Origin: Alphaproteobacteria bacterium
GTDB taxonomy: Bacteria > Pseudomonadota > Alphaproteobacteria > UBA9219
NCBI GenBank assembly: GCA_033763555.1
Contig: JANRKK010000036.1
Location: 2,418 to 66,417 of the forward strand
Direction of reading: 5' to 3'
Length of the DNA stretch: 64,000 nucleotides
Below the pieces are notes generated by a model that had not been told where the DNA came from, did no database searches, and saw only the letters and a program-made list of their open reading frames with translations. Position 1 is the first letter of the stretch; every line of letters begins with the position of its first letter. This document shows positions 34,101 through 41,237 of the stretch, piece after piece. Position numbers and translations under genes: made by a program.

Positions 34101-36802
34101 ATTGCCGTATTTTCGTAGCCCGTCGTATTCGTGAACAACGAAACAAATCCAACCGCTGTGTTACCATAACCTTCGGTATTACCCTGCATGGCTCCGGCAC
34201 CAAGAGCTGTGTTGCCTTGTCCGGTCGTGTTCGAGCCCAGTGCGGCCGCACCGATGGCCGTGTTGACGCCTCCGGTGGAGTTGACACTCAAGGTTTGAAA
34301 CCCAACAGCTGTATTGTATTTGCCGTTATTGCCACCGCCAGCCTGAGAAAGGCTTCCCGGCATACCTGTATCACCGACAGCTATATTTGCATTAACCTCA
34401 TCCTGCCAAATTCCATTGAGACCACCGAGATGCAAAGCACCCGTCACGATATTCACATTGCCTGTGCCCGCAGGGGCGAGATCGAGCGTTTGATTGCTGG
34501 TCGCACCAGCAACGGCAAGTTTGACGTTCGTACCGCTCTTGCCCGGCGTGACGGACACATAATCCACGCCGCTGGCCATCGTGTTCCAGCGCATCACTTC
34601 GATACCGCCAGCCGCAACGTTGACGGTGTTCGCACCGGATGTGAAGAAACCGGTTGTCAGATCGCCCGAGCGTTGCGGGTTTGTGTTGGCGGCTTGCGTA
34701 CCGAGTGTGATGCCGCCACTGATGGTGCCCGTGACGTTACCCGTGAGATTGCCGACGAAAGTTCCAGCCGTTACCGTGCCGCCAAACGTCGCATTGCCTG
34801 TGGAGCGCTCAATCGACAAAGGTGTACCCAGCGCCGTGCCATTGTCATGGAAGCTTTGAATGGTGAAGTTCGAGCCCGCATCGCTGCCGCCTTCCGCCGC
34901 GCTATTCGTGCTGACAACCCAGCGCTTGCTGGTCGCACCCGTCGTAAACTGAATTTCGCGGCTCGTGCCCGCGGCACCTTCGATGCGGATATTGCCGACA
35001 AGATCGAGCCGTTCATTCGGCACGGTTGTGCCGAGGCCGAGATAGCCATTCTCATCCAAAATCGCCTGATCGACGCCGCCCGTGGTGAAGGTGATACCGT
35101 CATTATTCAGCGTTACGGTCTGTCCATTGCCGTCGCTTAAAACATTGGTCGAAACATTCGTCGCATAGGTCAGACGGCCATCGGCATCGACCGTACCCCA
35201 GTTGTAGCTTCCGGGCGTAACGGTCGTTGATTCCAGCTGCAACGGCCCTACCGTGCCATCTTGAATGGCGCTTCCAGGAATTGAGTTGGTCGCAAAACGG
35301 TTGGTGTCGAGAACGCCCGTTGTCAGGTTGGCCGCGTCGTTGGCGCCGAGATTGGAACGTGCCGTCGGCGCCGTTGTCGCGCCCGTACCGCCATTGGAAA
35401 TGGCAACGACGCCGCTGACATTGGTTGCATTGCCTGTCAGGGGGCCGCTGAAATTCGCAGCCGTCACAGTGCCGGAGAAAGTCGCACCGCTGCCCGACAT
35501 GGCACCGCCGAAGGTGCTGGTACCTGTGACGCCCAAGGTGCCGCCCACCGTCGCATTGCTGCCGATAGCAGCAGAGCTCAGCGTGCTGGCTCCGGCCTCC
35601 AGTGTTCCGCCCACAATGGCATTCGTCGTAACGCCCAGAGAATCGAAGGTGCCCGCGCCGCCCGCGACCGCACCGCCAAACGTCGCATCGCCTGTGACGC
35701 CCAAGGTGCCGCCGACGGCAGCATTATTGGTGATGGTGGCGGAACTGAGTGTGCTGGCTCCGGCGCTTAAAGTGCCGCCCAGGGTCGTATTGCCTGTGAC
35801 GCCAAAAGTACCGCCAACAGTGGCGTTATTGGTCACGCCGAGGGATGAGAAAGTGCCCGCGCCGCCCGCAACAGCGCCGCCGAAAGTGGCATCACCCGTA
35901 ACACCCAAAGTGCCGCCGACGGTCGCGTTGGTTGTTACAGCGGCGGAATTCAATGTGCTTGCGCCCGCCGATAAAGCACCGGAGAAAGCGCCGCTGGCCG
36001 CCGAGATCGCGCCTGTACTGACGGCCGCCAGTGTTGAGGTGCCTTGAACGTCAAGGGTTCCCCGAACGAGCAGATTACCGCTTGAGTCGACAACCAGCTG
36101 CGAGCCGACTTGACCGAATTGCACCGATGTTGTGTTGCCACCGCTGACCGTCGCCTGCCAGACCGCCGAGCGGTTGACCGCCGTCATCACGGGCCAGGAG
36201 AGAATGATGTCATCGCCTTGCGCCGAGGCATCGCCGCATCGTGTGTTCAGAGAACCGTCCGGCCCGGCAGACAGGATCATGAAAGCAGGATCGCTTCCAG
36301 GGCTGGTAGGATTTTCCCAACGGCAATAAATGTAATAATGGCCGTAGCCGTCCATTTGCTTGAGGCCCGACCCGGCGGTGAAAACACCGACTTCCGCCGG
36401 AGAGCCGGATGAACCCGCGCTGCTGGCATTGGCGGGAAGTTGCGCCTGCCCGCTGATCGCCGCCATTTTGACTGTCGAGGATGCGCACTCCGCCGAAGCA
36501 CTGCCGCCCTGCGGCGGGCAAAGCAAGGTTGTGTCAGCGCTGAGCGTTGAAGTTGCAGCCAGGGTAGTCGCGTTGGCGTTGAGATCGCCCTTGGTCGTCA
36601 TGTCATTGGTCATCTGCACGTTGCTGCGCAGAATCTGGCTGTAACCGCTGAAGAGAACGCCCGCACCGACGCCGACAAGGCCGAGCATGTACAGAATGGG
36701 GGCAATGCCAAAGCCCGCGCGGCGGCGTACCGAAGGCGAAGACGAACATGGCCGGAAGAAAGGCCGGGAGCGGCGCGCGGCTTGTGAATCTTTCTCTGTC
36801 AT
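28157..36802 (-). CDS. giant (2881 aa) membrane-anchored fibrous repeat protein (YadA-head/Hep_Hag-like and phage tail-fibre-like repeats)
   Basis: ATG 36802 has the SD GGGAG. The N-terminus is Arg-rich, followed by a TM helix GFGIAPILYMLGLVGVGAGVLF. It has long runs of 17-aa repeats NTAVGxxALxxNTTGxx. Four roughly 450-aa super-repeats each contain ...NVAAGGIEAMRWNTIASGVDY.SITPGKSGT... and ...TLPGGTTGQRP...GM[IV]RYNST.P..EAYYNSTWN.L. It has a unique C-terminal about 200-aa domain. It is Thr/Gly/Ala/Asn/Ser-rich, and its GC is heterogeneous, at 47-58%. Confidence 0.85.
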   Translation of the reverse strand: MTEKDSQAARRSRPFFRPCSSSPSVRRRAGFGIAPILYMLGLVGVGAGVLFSGYSQILRSNVQMTNDMTTKGDLNANATTLAATSTLSADTTLLCPPQGGSASAECASSTVKMAAISGQAQLPANASSAGSSGSPAEVGVFTAGSGLKQMDGYGHYYIYCRWENPTSPGSDPAFMILSAGPDGSLNTRCGDASAQGDDIILSWPVMTAVNRSAVWQATVSGGNTTSVQFGQVGSQLVVDSSGNLLVRGTLDVQGTSTLAAVSTGAISAASGAFSGALSAGASTLNSAAVTTNATVGGTLGVTGDATFGGAVAGGAGTFSSLGVTNNATVGGTFGVTGNTTLGGTLSAGASTLSSATITNNAAVGGTLGVTGDATFGGAVAGGAGTFDSLGVTTNAIVGGTLEAGASTLSSAAIGSNATVGGTLGVTGTSTFGGAMSGSGATFSGTVTAANFSGPLTGNATNVSGVVAISNGGTGATTAPTARSNLGANDAANLTTGVLDTNRFATNSIPGSAIQDGTVGPLQLESTTVTPGSYNWGTVDADGRLTYATNVSTNVLSDGNGQTVTLNNDGITFTTGGVDQAILDENGYLGLGTTVPNERLDLVGNIRIEGAAGTSREIQFTTGATSKRWVVSTNSAAEGGSDAGSNFTIQSFHDNGTALGTPLSIERSTGNATFGGTVTAGTFVGNLTGNVTGTISGGITLGTQAANTNPQRSGDLTTGFFTSGANTVNVAAGGIEVMRWNTMASGVDYVSVTPGKSGTNVKLAVAGATSNQTLDLAPAGTGNVNIVTGALHLGGLNGIWQDEVNANIAVGDTGMPGSLSQAGGGNNGKYNTAVGFQTLSVNSTGGVNTAIGAAALGSNTTGQGNTALGAGAMQGNTEGYGNTAVGFVSLFTNTTGYENTAIGTQALQLNTTGILNTAVGNQALGANTEGNYNTAVGGLALASNTTGINNTAVGLQVLYFNTEGVNNTGLGFSALNNNTTGSYNTAVGHYALNANSTGVYNTAIGINSLFQLTTGANNTAIGSGALANNASGVGNIGIGSDAGGANEDGSYNVSIGYGVGSQTLTSGSNNILIGTTDAVDAADGTNYNLNIGNLLQGDMTNSDATHNKTLYLQSTASGVNYLQIAGAAAGAAPVFSAQGSDTDISMTFTPKGAGILTMNATTALTLPGGTTGQQPASPADGMIRYNSDTPAVEAYIDGSWEELLTSAAPGGTTVLGTSTSDTNPQRSGDATTGFFTSGANTVNVAAGGIEAMRWNTIASGVDYLSITPGKSGTAVTLAAAGATSTQHLNFAPVGAAGVLQFNGSTMFWQDATNFNTIVGLSGAPATISQTGGGFNGRLDTAVGYQALNANTTGFFNTAVGGNALQSNTIGTSNTAVGTSALAANTTGAGNAAFGTSALVANTTGVANIGIGFQGGSKITTGTNNVAIGYQVASTTLATGANNILVGTSSAVDTAAAGTNYNLNVGNLLQGDMTNSTGTYNKTLYLQSTASGVNYLQVAGAAAGAAPVLSAQGSDTDISMTFTPKGAGILTMSATTALTLPGGTTGQRPTAANGMVRYNSTLTGMEAYYNSTWNSLLSSNSTLSNNLTLGTSASAANPQRSGDATTGFYTSGANIVNVAAGGIEAMRWNTIASGVDYVDITPGKSGTYPKIAAAGATATQGLNLATAGTTSTLQFNGRNMFWSDGAANTIVGQSAGSGTISQAGGGFNGLWNTALGSSALNANTTGTSNTAVGASAMKDSATSGNSTAIGSFALFVTTGASANTALGAQALRNTTTGASNTAAGASALIGNTTGAFNTALGMEALKTNTTGTNNVGIGYRVGSTTLATGTNNILIGTSSATDTYSASTTTAIGIGTGVKPGTIDIAIGYQALAATAADSSGNIAVGYQAMNANTTGYGNIGIGTIALTANTTGADNTALGVWALKTNSTGIRNVAVGNEALAFTTGSRNTAVGYDSLKSNTTGADNTAVGHFALVSNSTGASNTGIGVSSGSSITTGTNNVAIGYGVASSTLTTGGNNILIGTSNAVTTAAAGTNYNLNIGNLLQGDMTNSTGTYNKTLYLQSTASGVNYLQVAGAATTAHPALSAQGSDSNIGIVLTPKGTGGVGIGTTAPGNKLHVYSSASGQTVPALIETTATNAFSELSLKTASRTYNISTGGSATGAPYASNLYIWDGTAAAVRVVMNTSGALSIGPSAPTTGTALDVSAHTSSVLLPVGTTGTRPTGVAGMIRYNSTTPAIEAYYNSTWNSLGTGGGSSTIDLGTSASAANPRRSGDATTGFFSSGANTVNVAAGGIEVERWNTIASGVDYLSITPGKSGTAVKLAVGGATATQHMNFAPVGSAGVLQFNGGTMFWQDTTNANTVVGSASTLPSITTNLGILSGVWNIAIGTGALASITGPGVGLLSSSNNVALGANALNGNTSGALNTAIGSTALSGNTTGILNTAIGYSAMSSATTGHRNTAVGASAQASTTGTYNTAVGFQASAGGTTYSVALGADASTTGSYSTVVGAAATIGSGNYNTAVGYNALDASTTGANNTAVGSAALDANTTGTYNVALGYDALGAVTTGSNNVAIGPSVSSIVLTTGSNNILIGTTALVDTPASSTSYHLNIGNLLLGDMTNSTSTAGRTLYLQSTASGVNYVQIAGATTGNGPTISAIGSDSNIDINIAPKGTGKITMNTTGAMLLPTGTTGQRPGSPSDGMVRYNSTVPTMEVYYSSTWNQIGAAGTPAAHNHTSTAEGGFYRWVGYCGNGSDYTTASFGVTYDVTGCESASLPAGTVWGFRILGTIVSSNTATWKLAMTAATATAVESGFSSLSGSGVDASNVLSGSGSFTGNLGGTTNNYTIQIMGYVSMNTAGTLKLQIQKNTSGTMTVKKNTIMEVWRIS
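29862..30010 (-). repeat. intragenic direct DNA repeat copy (about 150 bp) inside the giant gene
   Basis: CCGCTCTTGCCCGGTGTGAT...TCGCATCGCCCGAACG.CGCGGGTT is near-identical to the copies at 31872, 32990 and 34543. Confidence 0.8.
31872..32020 (-). repeat. intragenic direct DNA repeat copy
   Basis: As above. Confidence 0.8.
32990..33139 (-). repeat. intragenic direct DNA repeat copy
   Basis: As above. Confidence 0.8.
34543..34681 (-). repeat. intragenic direct DNA repeat copy
   Basis: As above. Confidence 0.8.
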
Positions 36803-37021
36803 AAGCTCCCACCCACGCAAGCCTTCTGCGCCCAGGGCGCATGCCGAAAAGGAAGGTGCGTTTCCTGACTGTGCGTTTGAAACGTTAAAAATTGGTCAAA
36901 CCAATGAAATTTCTGGCTTTTCGGCATGCACGCAAAAGTTGAAATGCTGGATTTTCAGCCCTTTTTTGAAGGCAATTTATTTCAAATTGTTAACATCCTG
37001 CAGGCCGTGTATTTCAACGCC

Positions 37022-37492
37022 ATGTCCGCGATCAAAAAACGCCTTGCCGAACTGGGTTTCACGCTGCCGCCGCCCGCGCCTGCCGTTGCGCTCTATGTGC
37101 CCTATGTCGTCACCGGAAATCTGGCCTTTATTTCGGGCCAGATACCGCTGGAAAACGGCCAGGTGAAGCTTACGGGGCGTCTGGGCGCGGAAGTTGATCT
37201 GGCGGCAGGCCAGAAGGCGGCGCAGCTCTGCGCATTGAACATTCTTGCGCAGCTGAACAAAGCCTGCGGTGGCGATCTCGATCGCGTCAAACGATGCGTC
37301 AAGCTGGGCGGATTCGTCGCTTCCGCACCGGATTTCTTTGATCATTCCAAAATCATCAATGGCGCATCGGACGTCATGCAGCAGGTCTTCGGCGAGACTG
37401 GACGGCATGCGCGTTTTGCTGTGGGCGTCAGTACCTTGCCGTTGAATTCAGCCGTGGAAGTCGACGCGGTTTTTGAAATCAACCCAGCCTAG
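37022..37492 (+). CDS. RidA/YjgF/Rid-family protein
   Basis: MSAIKKRLAELGFTLP...ISGQIP...GGDLDRVKRCVKLGGFV...VEVDAVFE shows the YjgF chorismate-mutase-like fold motifs. ATG 37022 was chosen over the longer track ORF. Confidence 0.8.
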   Translation: MSAIKKRLAELGFTLPPPAPAVALYVPYVVTGNLAFISGQIPLENGQVKLTGRLGAEVDLAAGQKAAQLCALNILAQLNKACGGDLDRVKRCVKLGGFVASAPDFFDHSKIINGASDVMQQVFGETGRHARFAVGVSTLPLNSAVEVDAVFEINPA

Positions 37493-39063
37493 AAATTCTG
37501 CATCAGCCGTTCGATGGCCGTGGCGGGCTGACGGTGCGGTTCGATCAGGGATGAGCTTTCGGCGCGGAGATTTTCCAGGCGCTGCTGTAATTTCAGAAAT
37601 TCCTCGCGGGCTTCATCCGCTGCGCCGGAGGAGGATAAATCGCGTATCTGCTGCAGCATGCGGCCCAGATCCTGCGGCACCAGCTTGTTGATCTGCTGCC
37701 GTGAAGCCTGGTTGGTGTTGTTCAACGGCGCGGGGCGCGAAGCGGTCGGTTTCGACAATTCGGACAAATATTTCATCAGCGCCTGATGCAAGCGGTCGAT
37801 CAGAGCATGAACCTCATCATCGCTGGCCTGACGGTCCAGAGCATCGGCCAGCTCCCGCTGCGCGGTGCGAAGATTGTTTTCGGCGATGCCGGACATGCCA
37901 TCTTCAATCCGCACGGCAGCCTGCCAGATCAGGTCATTGACGGGCGCTGCCGTCGCGCGGTCATGATCCAGAACCAGCCGCACAGCACCCGAACGCAGGC
38001 TCATCAACACGATGGGATCGCCCCGGTAAATCAGGGGCTGATGTGCAATGCCCGCCATGATATTTGCGGCTTCGTTGCGCAAAATTTCGTCGCCGGGATT
38101 AGCCATCAATTTCTTGCGTTCTTCCACCAGGGCGCGGGCAACCGGATGGAAAAAGATGCGTTCCGGCAAGGTAAATTCGATGCTGTCGCTTTCCGTAGTG
38201 TGGCCCTTAGCATCCGTGGCCACCAGCTGGAGACGCACGGGCTGGCCTGCCCAGCGATGCGCTGTCAAATCCTCGAAACTGATGCGTTTCAATTCCCTGG
38301 CGTTGGACGATGCCAAGGGAATATCGACAGGTTCATGCCCAGCCAGCGGTTTGGAATCGCGCGGGCTGATGCGCGCGATAACAGATGTCACGCCATAATC
38401 ATCCGAAGCTTCGTAAGCCAAGCGCACGGCCTGACGCGTTGTGATCGATGGCGCAGCTGTGAAGGCAACAGCAGGCGGCTGATCAGGCACCACACGGATG
38501 CGCCAGGCATGAATGTCTTTTCCGCCCTGACGCAGCGCGATCATGTCGCCTGTCTGAATGGTTTCGGTGGCGCCGAAGCCATTATGCTTGTCCGGCAGGA
38601 AAGGCTGCGTCTGGCCGTTGATGGCCAGATCCATATTGCCGCTTTTGCGTTCCGCCAGATGGCTGGTGACCACGCTGCCTTCCGGCACATCGATAATTGC
38701 GCCGTCCTGGCGGATGCCCGCGGGCGTAGCGATGATCATGGGCGGCAGGCCCGTATATTCGGGTGGCGTAATCCAGGCATCGAGCGGCGGGGTGAAAAGC
38801 TTGCCCTGCATCCGGACGATGGGGTTCAATGTCGCCATCAGTTTGCCACCGCCAAGGCTCCAGCCCAGAAGCGCGAGGACGGTAACACCGACGAGAAGCG
38901 AGGAACGGAAGGCTGGAATTTTCTTTTTTTCAGATGTGAGTCGAAGGGAACCGGAAGGATCGGTTTTTTTGAGGGAACAAGCGCTGGTCTGGCGCGTCAA
39001 CATCTCAAAGCCCTGGTCAACTTCGTTTTCGCGGCCGCCTTGTCTGCCAAAGCAAGCCTTCAC
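37489..39063 (-). CDS. DUF4175/TIGR02302-like membrane protein (lysA-neighbour family)
   Basis: A TM segment LLVGVTVLALLGWSL precedes WITPPEYTGLPPM. It sits downstream of lysA, as in many alphaproteobacteria. The start (GTG 39063 or ATG 39003) is uncertain. At 524 aa it is shorter than I would expect for this family. Confidence 0.6.
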   Translation of the reverse strand: MKACFGRQGGRENEVDQGFEMLTRQTSACSLKKTDPSGSLRLTSEKKKIPAFRSSLLVGVTVLALLGWSLGGGKLMATLNPIVRMQGKLFTPPLDAWITPPEYTGLPPMIIATPAGIRQDGAIIDVPEGSVVTSHLAERKSGNMDLAINGQTQPFLPDKHNGFGATETIQTGDMIALRQGGKDIHAWRIRVVPDQPPAVAFTAAPSITTRQAVRLAYEASDDYGVTSVIARISPRDSKPLAGHEPVDIPLASSNARELKRISFEDLTAHRWAGQPVRLQLVATDAKGHTTESDSIEFTLPERIFFHPVARALVEERKKLMANPGDEILRNEAANIMAGIAHQPLIYRGDPIVLMSLRSGAVRLVLDHDRATAAPVNDLIWQAAVRIEDGMSGIAENNLRTAQRELADALDRQASDDEVHALIDRLHQALMKYLSELSKPTASRPAPLNNTNQASRQQINKLVPQDLGRMLQQIRDLSSSGAADEAREEFLKLQQRLENLRAESSSLIEPHRQPATAIERLMQNF

Positions 39064-39197
39064 AACCCGAGTATGCCGGGGAAAGGCTAAAAAAAAGATT
39101 AGGATTTGCCTGCTTTTTAGAGGTCCGTTTCGCAGCTGCGAAAGCCGGAAAAGCCTTGTGCGATGCGATAAACTTGAATGTTCAGGGAATCCGTGGG

Positions 39198-40469
39198 TTA
39201 CCCGGCTTGGGCGGATGCCGCCCAGGGTGGCAGGGCTTCCCAGCCCATCTGCTCGGCCACCGAAATGCGGCGGCGCACCACGGCATAATCACCCCCCGAG
39301 ACCATGATTTCGGGGATAAGGGCACGGCCGTTATAGGCCGAAGCCATGGCGCTGCCATAGGCCCCCGCGAAGGCAATTGCCACCAGATCGCCCGCCGCCA
39401 GATCTGGCAATTCGTAAGCCTCGCCGAACAAATCGGCCGTCTCGCAAACCGGGCCAACGACATCCCATGTCAGGCGCGATGCGGAAGATTCACGCACGGG
39501 CTGGATGCCATGCCGTGCGCCATACATGGCCGGACGCACCAGATCATTCATGCCTGCATCGATGATAAGGAAGTTTTTGGTAACGGCTTTTTTCGCATGG
39601 GTGACACGGCTGACCAGCATGCCTGCCGTCCCCACCAGCAAACGTCCCGGCTCGAAAGCCAATTTGCAATTCAGGGGGCCCAGAATATCGCGCACGAGTT
39701 TTGCGTAATCCGCCAGCGATGCGACTTTCTCGCCGCGATAGGGAATATTCAACCCGCCACCGAGATCAAGCCGCTCGATCGTCACGCCACACGTGCGCCA
39801 GTCCTGCACCAGTCTGGCCAGACGCTCGAACGCTATGCGAAAAGGGCCGTGATCGCTGACATTCGAGCCGATATGCATGGCAAAGCCTTTGAAAGCGAGG
39901 TCGGGCAGGGTGGTTGCCAGCTTCACGGCTTCATCCAGTTGTGCAGGCTCGATGCCGAATTTGCTTTCCTTATGGCCCGTCGCGGTTTTGTCCCAGGTTC
40001 CAGCGGCAACATCCGGATTGACGCGCAACGCCACGGGCGCCGTGCGGCCCAGTTCCACCGCAACCTGGCTGATCAAACGCAATTCGGGAATGGATTCGAC
40101 ATTCAGCTGGTGCAACCCGGCGATCAGGGCTGCCGTGATTTCATTGCGATCTTTGCCGACGCCGGAGAAAACGATTTTTTCAGGATGCACGCCGGCCGCC
40201 AGCGCGCGCTCCATCTCGCCGATGGACGTAATGTCGGCTCCTGCGCCGCATGCGGCCAGTGTTTGAATCACCGCCTGATTGGCATTGGCCTTGACGGCAT
40301 AGCAGATCAGCGGTTTTTCGCCCGCAAAAGCATCGGCGAAGTTTTTGTAATTCGCCTGCAACTGCGCCGTGGAATAAACATAGAAAGGCGTGCCGACCTC
40401 AGCCGCCAGCGCCTCAAGCGAAACCGATTCAGCGGACAGAGCCCCGCCGCGATAGGAAAAAGCGGTCAT
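39198..40469 (-). CDS. lysA: diaminopimelate decarboxylase
   Basis: YAVKAN (PLP Lys), GGGLNIPY and EPGR..VG motifs, 423 aa. Confidence 0.9.
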   Translation of the reverse strand: MTAFSYRGGALSAESVSLEALAAEVGTPFYVYSTAQLQANYKNFADAFAGEKPLICYAVKANANQAVIQTLAACGAGADITSIGEMERALAAGVHPEKIVFSGVGKDRNEITAALIAGLHQLNVESIPELRLISQVAVELGRTAPVALRVNPDVAAGTWDKTATGHKESKFGIEPAQLDEAVKLATTLPDLAFKGFAMHIGSNVSDHGPFRIAFERLARLVQDWRTCGVTIERLDLGGGLNIPYRGEKVASLADYAKLVRDILGPLNCKLAFEPGRLLVGTAGMLVSRVTHAKKAVTKNFLIIDAGMNDLVRPAMYGARHGIQPVRESSASRLTWDVVGPVCETADLFGEAYELPDLAAGDLVAIAFAGAYGSAMASAYNGRALIPEIMVSGGDYAVVRRRISVAEQMGWEALPPWAASAQAG

Positions 40470-40476
40470 TAAACTC

Positions 40477-40659
40477 TCAGGGTTTCGGATCAGTGGCCGG
40501 ATCGGGATAGGTCAGCGGAAAATTGTCGTTGGTCGTGCCGGGCGGCGGATCGACCGCGCCGGGCTTCTTGCCGCAGGAAGCCAACATCAACCCGAACGCC
40601 ACAAGCGCCAGGGCACGCAACGCCCGGTTTGCTTGTTCTTTGCGCGTATCGTCTGGCAT
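40477..40659 (-). CDS. small lipoprotein (hypothetical)
   Basis: 60 aa with the lipobox LMLASC; it lies immediately upstream of lysA. Confidence 0.45.
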   Translation of the reverse strand: MPDDTRKEQANRALRALALVAFGLMLASCGKKPGAVDPPPGTTNDNFPLTYPDPATDPKP

Positions 40660-40694
40660 AATGCGGCCTCTTCAGGATGGAGGGGCAGCATAAA

Positions 40695-41237
40695 ATGTTC
40701 CGGCGGCTTTTCGCAATCACTCTCTTTCTGGCATGCACAGGCATGGCACAGCCTGCCGGAGCCAATGATTTCGCGGGCCGCTTCGCACTGGCCGAGGTGC
40801 GCAAACCCGTTCCCTCCTTCATTTTTCAGGACGGCCAGGGCCGTGAAACCGACCTCAAGGCTTTCCGCGGGCGCTATGTCTTGCTGAATCTCTGGGCCAC
40901 ATGGTGCGCGCCCTGCGTGCGGGAAATGCCTGCGCTTGATGCGCTGCAGGCCCGTTTCGGCAAACAGAGACTAAGCGTGATCGCACTGACGCAGGATCGC
41001 GACGGGCTGGCCGTGGCCAAGGGTTTTTTCAACCGCTATGACATTAAAAATCTGGGCGTTTATGCCGACGGCGCAGGGCGTGCGGGCTCCATTCTTGGTA
41101 TTTCCGGATTGCCGACGACTCTGCTTATCGACCCGCAGGGGCGTGAGATCGGGCGCGTTTCCGGCAACGCCGAATGGGACGCCCCGGACACCATCGCCTT
41201 TCTTGAAGCGCGGATGTTGAAGGTCGCTACAAGATAA
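40695..41237 (+). CDS. thioredoxin-fold thiol:disulfide interchange protein (TlpA/ResA family)
   Basis: WATWCAPC active site, a signal/anchor sequence at the N-terminus, and the SD GGAGGGG upstream of ATG 40695. Confidence 0.8.
   Translation: MFRRLFAITLFLACTGMAQPAGANDFAGRFALAEVRKPVPSFIFQDGQGRETDLKAFRGRYVLLNLWATWCAPCVREMPALDALQARFGKQRLSVIALTQDRDGLAVAKGFFNRYDIKNLGVYADGAGRAGSILGISGLPTTLLIDPQGREIGRVSGNAEWDAPDTIAFLEARMLKVATR

Noticed and set aside
29502-36047. Numerous plus-strand ORFs (for example 33938..35140 and 35265..36047) within the giant gene
   Set aside because: They are antisense to a single continuous 2881-aa minus-strand frame with coherent repeats.
37786-40472. Plus-strand ORFs 37786..39090 and 39156..40472
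   Set aside because: They are antisense to the DUF4175-like gene and to lysA.
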